From Sphagnum compactum (taxonomy: Eukaryota), in assembly GCA_965153455.1 (NCBI GenBank), contig OZ234493.1, positions 7,926,213 through 7,990,212 of the forward strand: 64,000 nucleotides of DNA. The letters run 5' to 3'. Positions within the stretch are counted from its first letter, which is position 1, and every line of letters starts with the position of its first letter. Position numbers and translations under genes: made by a program. The notes beneath the pieces were generated by a model. That model was not told where the DNA came from and searched no databases. It saw only the letters and a program-made list of their open reading frames with translations. Shown here in pieces: positions 52,570 to 64,000 of the stretch.

Positions 52570-53900
52570 AAAATTTTGTGCATTGCAGCTCTTGTTCTAC
52601 TTCATTTTCATTCACATTTTCAACATGAATCCAAGATTAACATGGTAATGAAAATATGGATGCACATATATAGTTGCTTCTATTTTCCAAATCTATTTGC
52701 AACATTAGATTGTTGACATCAATTTCCTTGCCATTGAATATAATATTTTATAATATGCAATAACAAACCACAACATTTGGTAGAAAAAACACATGAAGGG
52801 TGGTTTTTAACAACAATTCCGCAAAGTTTTTTTGGAAACACCAAAGCTATTTTCAACTACATTGCAATTGTGACACAAAAGTTTATTGTAAATTGCCTTT
52901 ATGATCATGTGTCATGCATTAAAAACTTGTTTATGTGGGAATCATTGACCATGGAAATAATGTATATTTTTTAATTGTTGATAATATATGGTTCAATACC
53001 TTTTCAGTATGGTCTAGTTGAAACAAATTTCCATTTATGGCCTATTGGTACAAATTGGAAATGTGCAATATCTAATAATCATTCATTTAACCATCATACC
53101 AACAAAACCGTCCTTGAATTTCTTGTGGTAATCAACAATTGATGTTTGAAGTTGCATGGAGTAAAATTTAGATTCAAATGATGAATAATTTGTAGCAAAA
53201 GGTCCTTTAGGTTTTTGAATGTGAATTTGAACGACATTGATTGCCACATGAATTATAGGTAAACTATTAAAATCTTTGAATCTCACCATGAGAAATTTCA
53301 AATCTTCATGCCTTCCTCATTTGATTTGACTTTTGAACACACTATTTAATGACTAAACAGACTCTTTCAAAAACTAATGCATTGTTGACTTGTCGATTGC
53401 AAATAGTTAGTTACAATGAAAGAATTTTGTTCTTTGGGCATGTTTATAGGGTGAGCAAGCAATGCAAATGCCCACACACACTACACACCTATAGTGATGT
53501 TTTTTTTCTCCATCTTGTGTTTCAACTTCGAAATCAATTGTGTAAAATAATTCTTGCTCCCCTTAAAATGCTCAATTCACCTATCATCATTATACTATGT
53601 CATTAAAAAATGGGAGTAAAAGGTTGTTGACTTGGCTTTAACCCAATCACTGAGGTCCTCATTGAGTAGAATCTCTTAAAAGCATGACAATCTATACTAA
53701 TGTAGAATCAAAAAGTTTATCAAAGCATGAAAAAATGTTTCACCTTCTAGAGAAGCAATTGGGAATGGAAATAAAGACACAAAGATCTTGAATCATTTTC
53801 ATAGTACAAAGCCTTCATGTGCTTGCAAAAATATTTGAATGAAATGTATTAACAAAATCAACTTGAGGGACCTCACCATAACTTGATGCAAGCAAGCATG
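52570..53900 (-). pseudogene. PIF/Harbinger DDE transposase (DDE_Tnp_4 family) remnant
   Basis: The minus strand gives WVK..STT (~53640), then FKDFNSLPIIHVAINVVQIHIQKPKGPFATNYSSFESKFYSMQLQ..VDYHKKFKD.FVGM..MND, GIEPYII...Y.LFPW.MIPHKQ, NVVENSFGV.KK and PNVVVCYCIL*NIIFNGK. The catalytic GAID has decayed to VAIN, with stops and frameshifts. Confidence 0.88.
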
Positions 53901-54778
53901 TGTGAAATGATAAACAAGATTAAAAAAAGTGAATGATCCAAACATGTAATGAGATCATAAATAATCAAATGAAAAAAAATCACATCGTAAAACACTAAAG
54001 CTTTACACTAAAACACACAAACTATTTAGAAAAGTTTGCAAACAAGCACGATGGTTCAATTACAATAGCAAGCAAACAAGTGTTGAAAAGAAAAAATCAA
54101 AATGGAAGGTGACACGTAATAACAAATATACCAACTATCATATAAGATAGTTCTCAATAGTCTATTCATAAACATAGATGAAATACAAATTATGATAAAA
54201 CATATCTAGTACCCGAACAGATTCAACAACGAATTGTTGAATAATCTTAACTTCAAGCCTTGGTTTATTAATTCTGAAATTTTTGACAGGTAATGTTTAT
54301 ATAAAACATGATTTTGCTGCCTTTGTGAGATAATATAAATATGTCTATACTACTACACTTTTAAATTTTAGGATTGACACGTCTTAAGTTTAAACCCAAT
54401 AGGCAAAATACTTCGGAATTTAATCTTATAATAATTCTTAAAATTTCGACGCAAGTAATAAATAAAATTTCAAAAATTTGACAAAAATAAGGAATAACTA
54501 AATTTGTGTCGAAATTGTTCGTGTACTACGATAATGTGTTATTAATAACGTGTAGATATTCACATAATGATAAGTATTTAATAGTATGCTAAACAACAAA
54601 TGTAGGGACCCTAAGTTGTGATGATAAGATATTGTTTTTGCTGTCACTCCATTTAGCTTACCCCTAAGTGTGAGTAAGCTATTACCTACTTACATAGTAA
54701 CTACTTTACATTCTTTACCTGCTTGCCTATGATACTTTACCTATGTAGGGGGGAAGGAGGTCAGTTTAGAAGATGAGT

Positions 54779-54826
54779 TACCATGGTTCCAAGTTTAGGG
54801 TTACATTTCAACTTGGAACCATGGTA
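54779..54826. repeat. Perfect 17-bp inverted repeat, 14-nt spacer
   Basis: TACCATGGTTCCAAGTT-tagggttacatttc-AACTTGGAACCATGGTA, with an adjacent TTTAGGGTTTAGGG at 54842. Confidence 0.85.
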
Positions 54827-57193
54827 CACCCTTGAAATAGGTTTAGGGTTTAGGGTCATTTAATGTCCAAATTTTTCTGGGGTTTTAAGTTTTTTTTTTA
54901 CCAGGGTACCATTGTAGGTGCTGGTTAACCTGAGTTGTCAAGTAGTAAACATAGTAAGTAGGCAGATAGGTAGGTAGGTATCTACCTATATGGGTCAAAA
55001 ATTACCATCATGGTTAGTGCCATTATCAGACAATTGACAGCCGATGCTACTTACTTAAGGGAATACGGTAGCCTAGGGTCAGGAGGAACCTAGGGTCAGT
55101 TTCCACATTGACAAAACGAATAATTGTTTTTTTTTTTTTTTTTTTTCAAAAAGTGAATTCGTTTTTAAAATTTGAAATTATATGTATTTTCCATAATTTA
55201 CTATAATATTGTGTTATGAATAGTGAAATCATTCAGAATGTAGCCTATGATAATTATGATGATTTTCAACACGACAACTTCATATTTTCACAAAATTTCA
55301 TTTCACTATTTTGAGGATTATTTAATGACGAAACTGACCTTAGTGTAAGGTATCCGAAACAGCATCGGATTCAGTCTGTGGGTCAAGCTTTGAGATCTTA
55401 CCCATATTTTCCTTTCCACTAAAAGCAAAGCTTCTTTCCCATTGCTTATCTAAACCTAAAACCCTAAACCCTTGATTTGTTTTCAATTGTCATTCTACTC
55501 TGATTTTGTTTTTTATTATTTAAAGATTGTTTTCATATTTTCTAACTTCCCTATTACAATGAAGACATAACATATTGGTCTAATCCACACAAGTATTGGG
55601 TCAATTGAAAGAATCATATTAATGCATAATTGTTTTCATAGTTACTACTCAGAAAATTTCCAATTAAGAGAAAGCATTATTTCAGGCATAAACATCTAGC
55701 TAGTATCAAAGTGTTATTTAGAAAATATCTTAATGTTACAAAGATCAATTTGTTCAAAATATCACGAATTTATGTTTTGCAAAGACAACTTGATCTGTTC
55801 ATGTAATACTTGAGCAATCCCTCACAATACATTGCACTTCATATTTTGGATGAAGATTACTAAAAATTTGCCCAACAAACTTCTAATAAAATGACTGTGG
55901 TTCAACATTTTTGCTCAATATGCTGAGTTTGGCAAAAGCCAAAAGCCAAAGCACAGTCTAACTTGTTCATGACTAATCAGATGCAATGATTGGTCAAGGT
56001 GGTTTGTTATTAATAGGTCCTAATGTTTTACCTTCCCAGGTTCATGTTTATGGGTGAGGCTTGGAATCAATACATAAACAATCTTGGATGAGAAAAATAA
56101 TATTGTTGTAGGGCCAAATGCCGAGTGTGGTGGAGCTGCTCTTGGTGGATAGACCATTTTTAAGGTTTCTCTAAATGCTCAGTAGTGGAACCCTTTTGTA
56201 TATATATATATGATGATTCTATTATGTCCAGAGACTTGGAACTTATCTATTATACCTACTACAAGAAAATTCATCTACTTTTATGTTGAAGGCAAACAGG
56301 AAATGTGTCTGTAATGCAAACTTCTCGATCTCTCTCCCAATGAGTTGACAATGGCACAGAGCTTCTGCAGTAAATACCTATGCAGTCGATTGGTTTGATG
56401 AGAAAGTCCAAAACCTTGGATTTGAATTATGACATTGGTATCCTTGATCCCGAGTTTTTCCTCATCACAAAGATGAAACATAATGAAAGAAAATCAAAAT
56501 ATGGATTATATATCAGTTTAATATTGCACACTAATTGCTTTGATCATAGGTTCGATTCCCATGAAAGAATCATGGCAGCAAAGTGGCATGATGAGAAAAG
56601 TTGTTGGTGTCAAGATGTAGAAAATGCAAAGCTCAAAGTATGTTCACAAATGAATGAACTCTCCATGTGAAAGTGCAAGACATTTTACACTTTCCCTTGT
56701 ACTTTTTGTGTGAAAACATTATTTGCACTCTAAACTCAACTCCCGCTATGGCCCTTTAAAAGAACTAAAAATACAAACATAAGAATATTACAGGTTTTTC
56801 TGTATTTTTGAAAAACATCCCCTCCTGAATTTATCACATTCATTTTGCACCAAAAACTTTCAGGATTGAGTACTTCACCTCAAACGATCTATGTACCACA
56901 GGGGCAAACCTTCACCAAAAAAGGTCCATAATCGAACCTTCATCTGTCATTCACAAATCAGAAGCTCCTAACTGAAATAGAAATGCATTTCTATTGATAA
57001 CCCGAAACCAAATCCATGCAAAAACCTCTCATTTATCTTCAAGTGGCTACTCAACAGTGAAAGTAGCAGAATGCAAAAGTGGGTAATGGAAGAAATAGTA
57101 CTACATACTCCTCTCAGACCAATAATATTGCATTCTATTCCAAGAAGGCCTGACAGCAAGTTGAGTAATTCAAAGGCTTGATAGTCTCATCGC

Positions 57194-59730
57194 TTATTCA
57201 TCCAAACCATCTTTTACCTGATCCCGGCGCTCCTCATCAACTGCAAGTAATACGCGTTTAGCAGCTTCATAGACTGCAAAAGATAGAGCAGTATACGGGA
57301 CGATTTCAACAAATTCAATTGGAAGTCCCCTGTAGAGGCCACCGATCCCCTCCTTCTTGACTATACCCGTCAGAGCTTCAAAAACGTTTTGGTAGTTCAT
57401 ACCAACAGCTTCCGTTGGAATTGCACTCATATTGATTTCCTTCTGAGCAACTTGAAGTGGGTATGTTAAAGTGGTAGCAAGAGCTCCAGCAACAGCACCG
57501 ATGCTAAGAGATGCCCATGTATCAAGATCCCGTTTTCCTTTCGATCTCAGGTATCTTTCCTTCAAAGTTTCGTAAGTGTAGAAGCTTGCTGCAGCAGAGG
57601 GAACCATTCGAAGTAGGGTTGGGGTAATGCCCCGGAAAATCTCTGACCAGCCTTCTGTTCTCCCGACCTTGATGAGGGCATCTGTCAGTCCTTTGTATGC
57701 CTCAGCCTGTTAAAATACAATCAAAATCATAAATTCAAGTTTTGAATATCAACTGTCAAAGACTTTTGCATCCAAATTTTGTGAGGCAAAACAAAAATTC
57801 AGGCATTGCAACCAATGTATAATGGCTCTTCTTCCCTGTTTCAAAGAGATCAAAGCTTGAGCAAGGACCAACATTGAGAATCAACCGATCACTGAGGCTT
57901 TGAAATGGATATGTGACTAGTGCAGAAGTAACTCCTGCCACTGCTCCTGCCAATGTTGCAATCGGAATACGGCGTGGCAATGGCAACACTTTAGGGTCCT
58001 TCATGTGTCTCTTCTCCTCTCGCTTCTTGACTAGTTCATATGTCGTGAACTGCATTGGAACACAAGAGTTTCAGTCTCATCAGCACTACTATCAATACCA
58101 GAATAAATCCTGATGGTGTTGATTTCAAGTAAAGAGTCAACAAATCAGTCAACTGAAAAGGAAAACAAGGACCTTCACATTGGATTCTACAAGATGAGCA
58201 ATACTCTGCAGTGTAAAGTGTTTGGTGATTGCAAGTGTTTCCTACCTGAACTCCTTTCTCAAGAGCCTGGCGTACGATGCCGATGACTACACCCCCCTTC
58301 ATAACACTTCCAGCCCCTTCTACATGGGCCACTTGATTCACAACTTGTGCAGTGGTATGGCCACCTTGACCAGCCAGTACACGTGTTTTCACAATTTCGA
58401 ATGGAACAATTGCTGTTCCAGCAATTCCACCAGCTATTATCCCGCATAGCAGCTAGACCACAAAACAGGGTGCAAAACAGTAGTATTACATGAGTCACTC
58501 AATATGCATGGACACAATCTAAACAACAACAAAAACACATGTTAAGATCTAACATGCCATGTATCCGTGTAATGTGTGGTAATCCGCATTGGCATCCTCA
58601 ATCCATGCTGCGTTAACCCTTGCTTCTTCAATCTAAATTGAAATCAAGCTCAATTTGTATCTGATCAGCAGCTTTGACCTGGAAAACCTCCTCTCCAGCA
58701 AAAAATCAAGCAAAGAATTCCATCTAGCAAATTCATAGTTTTTTTTTCCCCTCATACCTGGCAAGGTTGATTGTATTCAACATTGGGTCTAAAATCTCAT
58801 TACATATAATCTCTTCATCTATCATCTCTGGCAAAGACTCATCATGAAAGAAAAATGGAATTGGAAGGAGGTTGGACACAGCAACGACTGAAGGAGATTC
58901 AGCGCCTTGTCTTCAAAATGCTTCTCTGAGAAGAATACCAAGTTCTCTGACCTGCCGACAATTTCCAATTTACACCTTTTGCAGCTTTCTTTCTCACTGA
59001 TTATTCAATTGGCTGATGATGATGTTATATTGTTTCGCAATAACATAATGTGCTGTGTGTTATTGATGATGTTATTGTGTGGCATGTGCATTTTTCATAC
59101 CTGTTTGAGAACCAGACTTGGCACTGGGCCAATCAAAGGAAATTTGGTCTCAGGCACTGGCACTCGCATCTTCTCTCCCACCTTCTCTGCTTTGACCTCC
59201 AGTCTCTCTGCCTTCTGGACCAAGTTATCCTTCAGCTCTTGAGCCTCTTCCTGCCCAGCTCCACAAAGAAACAATTTTTTGGGTGGAGAATTCTCCAACA
59301 GAGTTTCTGGGGGGGCAAAAGACCACTTTTGACACACTTACCCAAGTGCATTACATAGCTGCAAATCCAGAACAGCTCTGAAAGACTATGTTCAGAGATG
59401 AAGCAAAGATGGGGAGGGGGAGATCACTACCTTGACTTTGGGTTCAATCCCACTAGCACTGAGACTAGCAAATCCACCCTGCTGCTGTCTTCCTCCGTTA
59501 TGCCTTCTTCCACGCCCAGCAAGTGCAGCTCCCAATGTTTTCAAGCTCACGAAAGATACTTTGTTGTTGTTGTTCTTCGTCTTCTTCCCTCCTGCCTGAG
59601 ATTGTTGAACGTGCGAAAATTGCGACTCCAACTCCCTGTTCCCCTGTTGCACTCGGTCTGCAAACCATTGTTGTAGGAAGAAACCCTTTTGCTTCCGCTG
59701 CTGCTCTTGCTGCTCCTCTTCTGTAGCCAT
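57194..59730 (-). CDS. Mitochondrial carrier family (SLC25) protein, BT1/Brittle1-like adenine-nucleotide carrier relative, 448 aa, 5 exons
   Basis: complement(join(57194..57706,57873..58049,58246..58452,59101..59250,59431..59730)). All four introns are GT-AG and phase 0, giving a continuous 1347-nt frame. Three carrier repeats: GGIAGTAIVPFEIVKTR, AGVTSALVTYPFQSLSDR...YKGLTDAL...EGWSEIFRGITPTLLRMVP, and GALATTLTYPLQVAQKE...Y.NVFEALTGIVKKEGIGGLYRGL...P..ALSFAVYEAAKRVL. There is a ~150-aa N-terminal extension, and the exon 1-2 model is less certain than exons 3-5. Confidence 0.88.
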
Positions 59731-59927
59731 TATTTTTTTCCAACAGATGCTGCTGCGACTTCGATTCTGCACAATTGACGACAACGACTTTGCGCTACAA
59801 TAGAACAAACTCTTTGAAATTCGGGCGCTGCGTGAATTGCTGCAATCGAGGAGAACTTTTGCAAACTACGTATGAAACTTTGTTGGGTGTCACCAGATAA
59901 GGAAAAAGTTTCTCGGGGCCACGCACA

Positions 59928-59934
59928 ACGTGTC
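59928..59934. promoter_or_regulatory. ABRE-like element (ACGTGTC) upstream of carrier gene
   Basis: ACGTGTC lies ~200 nt upstream of the ATG, with GCCACG motifs at 59918 and 59965. This is a motif match only. Confidence 0.35.
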
Positions 59935-60141
59935 AGAGACAAATCGCATGCACTCGCAGCATCCGCCACGAGTCAGTAAACAGCTGAGCGTGCCCACACA
60001 CGGAGGTGATCTCTTTTGCATGCTCTCTCTTTCTCTCTCTCTCTTTCTCTTATGCTCTCGGGGTTCAGTAACAAGCAAGAGAATTACGGGAAGAGAAGAG
60101 AATGTGGAATGCGGCTTGCTCTTTCATGAGAATAGATCTGT

Positions 60142-60298
60142 TGTTGAAGGTCTGAAGGGAGAGAGCTTGCTGAGGGTCATGTCATGTCTGTTGGTGCTGT
60201 TGAAGGTCTGAAGGGAGAGAGCTTGCTGAGGGTCATGTCATGTCTGTTGGTGCTGTTGAAGGTCCGAAGGGGAGAGAGCTTATTGAGTGTCATGTCAT
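60142..60298. repeat. 56-bp tandem repeat, ~2.8 copies
   Basis: TGTTGAAGGTCTGAAGGGAGAGAGCTTGCTGAGGGTCATGTCATGTCTGTTGGTGC starts at 60142, 60198 and 60254. The first two copies are identical and the third is diverged. Confidence 0.95.
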
Positions 60299-61220
60299 CA
60301 TGTCCAGTGTTGCTTCTGCAATTCCAACTAGCAATCACAATAAAAATGAGTGCGGCTTAAGTGTGTTGTGACATGACTGTTCATGTAGCCAGCAATCATC
60401 ACCAAAGATAAGTAATGAGTTTGCCAAGTATATGCAATGGAGTTTTCCATACCTGGATAAAACTCCATGCTCAAGAAACCAACCTGTGCAGGGTTGCAAG
60501 TGCCTCTGTACCAGTAGTGAAGCAAAATCCACTAGAATTGTCAGCAGACAAATTCCAAGGCAAAACAAGGCAGAGATGTATGTGAATGTGAAATCTACAA
60601 GAGGAGGGCAGGTCATTACCTTCTTGCTACTACTGCGCATGATGATGAGCTCTGTGCCTCCTCCCCTGATCCCTTGAGGTAGTAGTAACTCTGAATCGAG
60701 TCTTCACTCTGCCTTTTACAGAATCGCATATGCACCAAACACACAGGGGCTCACAGTTTCGGACAGACGAATATGTGCACAGATGTGCACACACAGACAC
60801 AGACACAGACACACATACAACATGCACAAGCACAAGAGTAAGCAATCAAAGAGAAGAGATACATTTCCTATACATTCTCAGGTTTCCTGAATTCCTCATG
60901 GCACAGAAAGGAGAGTTCTGAACTGCAAATAATGCAAGTGTTGCAACTTTTCATGAGAAAGATGAAACACAGAATAGCCAAGTGCTGAAGAGAAGACAAG
61001 AGAAACTTTGAAAGTTGGAGAATTGTCACCCAGAGACAATGTTCCTAAGAATGAGAAATGGAAATGATAAAAGAATTCCACCAACATGTCTCCCTCAGTG
61101 CAATCACATAACAGCAACAGAGGCAAGGATTGCTCAAAGACCAAAGGCAAGGGTTTTAGCTTGCAAAAGCAGTGTACACAACTTGAAGCTTAATCAAGGA
61201 AGAAACAACAAACTTTGTTT

Positions 61221-61924
61221 CTAGATGTAAATGAGAACCCGCACAGAGGTTACTAAAGCTATTTGAATTCCTAAAGTGATGAAGGATTCTAGCAATTGAA
61301 ATAATTGAGAGGTCATTCTTCATGCTGCCACTGCCGCATGTGCTGAGAGCTCTGACTCTCTTCTTCAGGTCCATAGCGATCATAATCTTCCCTGAGCTCA
61401 CCATTTCTGAGAAATTGAAAAGCTTTTGAAACTGCTTTGAAAGCCTCCTCTGCACCTGGAGCTTTGTTCTTGTCAGGGTGAACCTTTAAGGAAAGCTCCC
61501 TATATGCCGTTCGAACATCATCCTCTGTGCAGCCTTTCTCCTACCCCAATATCTGATCAAAGTCTTTCGTGCTCTGGATGCTTCTGATGATCTCTGTTGA
61601 AGCTCCACTGGAGTCTTGAAACCCGTTCTGCTGATCATGTTTCTTCCCATTCATGGATCCATTCTGTTCTCTGTGTCCCGACCTTCACATATCTCCACAC
61701 CAGCTCCGCCATCTGTTTCCATGTCGTTGTCGGTTGTCGGCTGCCTGCTGCTTCTTCCCTCCTCTCTCCTCATACGAGCTTGAGATCAGTGTGTCCACTT
61801 GAGGATTGGGATACAGTCGCTTCGCCATTGAGAGGAACCTAAGAGCACGTTGCTTGTCACCTGCCTCTATGGCTGCCTTTCCGATCCGCAAGCATTTGGC
61901 TGCCTCGTCCTTGTTGCTGTCCAT
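61221..61924 (-). pseudogene. DnaJ/Hsp40 co-chaperone pseudogene, DNAJB12/14 (AtJ49-like) type
   Basis: The ATG at 61924 starts MDSNKDEAAKCLRIGKAAIEAGDKQRALRFLSMAKRLYP, the family N-terminus. The same frame carries the J-domain KDFDQILG*EKGCTEDDVRTAYRELSLKVHPDKNKAPGAEEAFKAVSKAFQFL...R..YDRYG (HPD at 61480-61472). In-frame stops are TGA 61687-61685, TAG 61543-61541 and TGA 61315-61313. A hydrophobic 31-aa tail lies in a shifted frame (61316-61221), and no DUF1977 region was seen. Confidence 0.85.
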
Positions 61925-64000
61925 ATTTCCAGCTTCTCTCAAAATCCTCCTGCCCCCAGTAGTGTTTCAAAGTATAACCAAAGGCATGGCCTTTCTTCCA
62001 AATTCCGCACCAAAACAACGAGCGAAAAACAAGGAGAGAGAGTGAGAACAAACGACCGAGCCTACATGGAGTCCGAGATTTCCGATGCCGAAGACGTGAA
62101 CAGGCGGATGGAACAGGAAGATGAGGGCAGCGCCGCGCACAAGGGCAAGGGTTTCCGCCATCGCTAGGGACAGAAGAGAGAGGGACGAGAGACTCCAGGG
62201 GCAAGGTCCCCTATTGGGAAAGCAACGGAGCAGAATGGGGAATTGCCGTTGTTCTGTTATTGCTTTTGATCGTTGTTTGTGGGACCCCGACGACGCATTC
62301 TAAAAGTTGTAGCTGAGAACAACTGTTCAAGAAAAATTCCTTCCTTCTTCGCAATCTCCAAATGTTGTGCTTTCTGATATGAAAAAGGAAATCAATCCTT
62401 CGTCGCATCACCAAATGTCCCACAACGTATGTCATGCTTTCTGACATTGATGATCACAACTACTGCTTTGAGGCGCCAAATCGCTCCAGTTCTGATCACA
62501 ATCAATCTGCTTACACGATTCAGAAACCTGCTTTACTCGAAGCACACAATTCAGTTCTGGATGTCCAATTCAATCTGTAAGATGTCCGTGATGTGTTGTT
62601 GTTGTTGCCAATTTTCTCTTCACAGCAAGAGTCTGGTGTGTTGGACGAGCAGGAATGGGCAAATGCCAGCGATAGGTACACCATCTCTTTTTATTGAAGC
62701 CGAGTCTGAACTGCAACTGGGAGTGGCTCGGCACTCACGCTCTTTGTATTAAGGATTTAAAGGATTCTTCCCAGTAAAACTTGCAACTAACTCATAGGCA
62801 TCATCAGCTATGTCCAATATCAGAGAAGAGCTTTGCCAAGTATTCACTTGTTTGTTCTTTGATGGACGTGTTTTGCTGGTGTTGTTCGTTGAGATTGTGA
62901 TAGGAGAATTTGTTGTCTGTTTCAGGGTTGAGTGTAGTGCAACTACAAAAGGCTAGCTAAAAGCCAATTGTTGGCCTCAGGTGGTTTTCCTTTGTGGCTG
63001 AAGTTTTGCATCTTGATTTCTACCTGGAATTGTTTGTCATGGTCTCTTTCTATGCTGAGCTTCATCTTGTTCAATTATATATTTCTAGAGTTTGCAACTG
63101 TGCCAAAGCTTCCTGTCAACTTCTACTTTCTTGACAGATGCAAGAACCATGAGAATTGAGACATTTCAAGCTCTCCCATAATCCATAGTGCTTATGCAAG
63201 ATCTTGCTATTTAGAATTGTTAGGAAGCATCTATTGTAACTCCACAACATTCTCAGCTGACTATCACAGTACTCTCTCTCTCTCTCTCTATGTTGAGCTT
63301 CATCTTGTTCATTGAATTCATTTCTAGCATTTGTTTTGCACTGTTACATAAGAAGGAAAAGCTGTCTTCCTCTCAATTGCTACTCTCTTTCACAAGTAAG
63401 TCCTCTTCACTCATTGTATTCATTTCGTTTTAGCAAGTCCTTCTTTGAGTTGTAAGGAGTTGGAGTCCTACAGGAAACGTATTCTTTGCTTGGGAGGAAT
63501 GTGCAAAGATCATCATACTAGTAATGGCTTCAGATCATTGTAGGCTTGGAACCCTTGCAAGTTTGTTGTGGATAGTTTGCTCTTGTAACTTTTGTAAGGT
63601 CATAGTGGTCAAATACCTCCCACCAGAACCAGCGATGGTCGTGCCATACACCCAGAAGCTGTTATCTTCTGGAAGGGCTTTTGTCTTCCATGCAAAAGCA
63701 GCATCCACCACAGTTAACCATGCCTTGTCTCAAGGTGTGTTTATATTATTATGAATTCTTCGCACGACGATTTTTATTATTCATATCTGTCAGTGCCTTG
63801 CGCCCTGTGAACCGAGGGTGGTGGAATTGCGCTGTGTAAAGGTGCCCTCAATTTTCACTATGGAACCTCTCTGAAGTCGTTCCAACTAGTGGAGGAAGTG
63901 TACTCATTCATCCTCCTCATGTCTATGTCTCTTGGCTCCTGCTAGCTAGCATCCTGAATAAGGTCTTCTTCCTGTTGCTTCTGGAAATGCAATAGAAACT

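Noticed and set aside
54842..55472. Telomere-like TTTAGGG/CCCTAAA motifs
   Set aside because: There are only two or three units at each site, consistent with telo-box or TE motifs rather than an interstitial telomere array.
55981..56164. Chain of three apparent + strand micro-exons giving an open frame
   Set aside because: The implied introns of 41 and 58 nt are too short, and the peptide is not recognisable.
56549..56559. GGTTCGATTCC T-loop-like motif
   Set aside because: There is no acceptor, D or anticodon stem around it.
62210..64000. Possible additional gene at the right end of the window
   Set aside because: The composition is gene-like with scattered splice-like sites, but no sustained ORF or recognisable motif was found on either strand. 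It may be UTR or intron of a gene outside the window.

Overview
This is eukaryotic land-plant nuclear DNA. The AP2/ERF gene and spliceosomal introns establish this; a bryophyte such as a peat moss is my inference from the repeat landscape. Two apparently intact protein-coding genes are supported. One is an AP2/ERF transcription factor with an uninterrupted CDS (+, 20785..22608; ERF084-type AP2 domain, an unusual N-terminal Cys/His cluster, a C-terminal EAR motif, a predicted 5'UTR intron and a uORF). The other is a 5-exon mitochondrial-carrier (SLC25, BT1/Brittle1-like) gene (-, 57194..59730) with degenerate signature motifs. A DNAJB12/14-type (AtJ49-like) J-protein pseudogene with in-frame stops lies at -, 61221..61924. 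Roughly 1-9 kb and 23.5-55 kb form an AT-rich, CG-poor transposon graveyard. It contains non-autonomous CACTA elements delimited by TIRs and 3-bp TSDs (1526..3928, 39849..42162, and a 154-bp mini-element at 51819..51972), a decayed CACTA Tnp2 transposase, two Ty3/Gypsy remnants, a PIF/Harbinger remnant with both its Myb-like and DDE ORFs, hAT-type MITEs and several minisatellites. I found no rRNA, tRNA or CRISPR array. No clearly new multi-gene system is demonstrable. The best leads are the AP2 domain architecture, the divergent carrier gate, and ABRE clusters and an F-box-like fragment associated with transposons.
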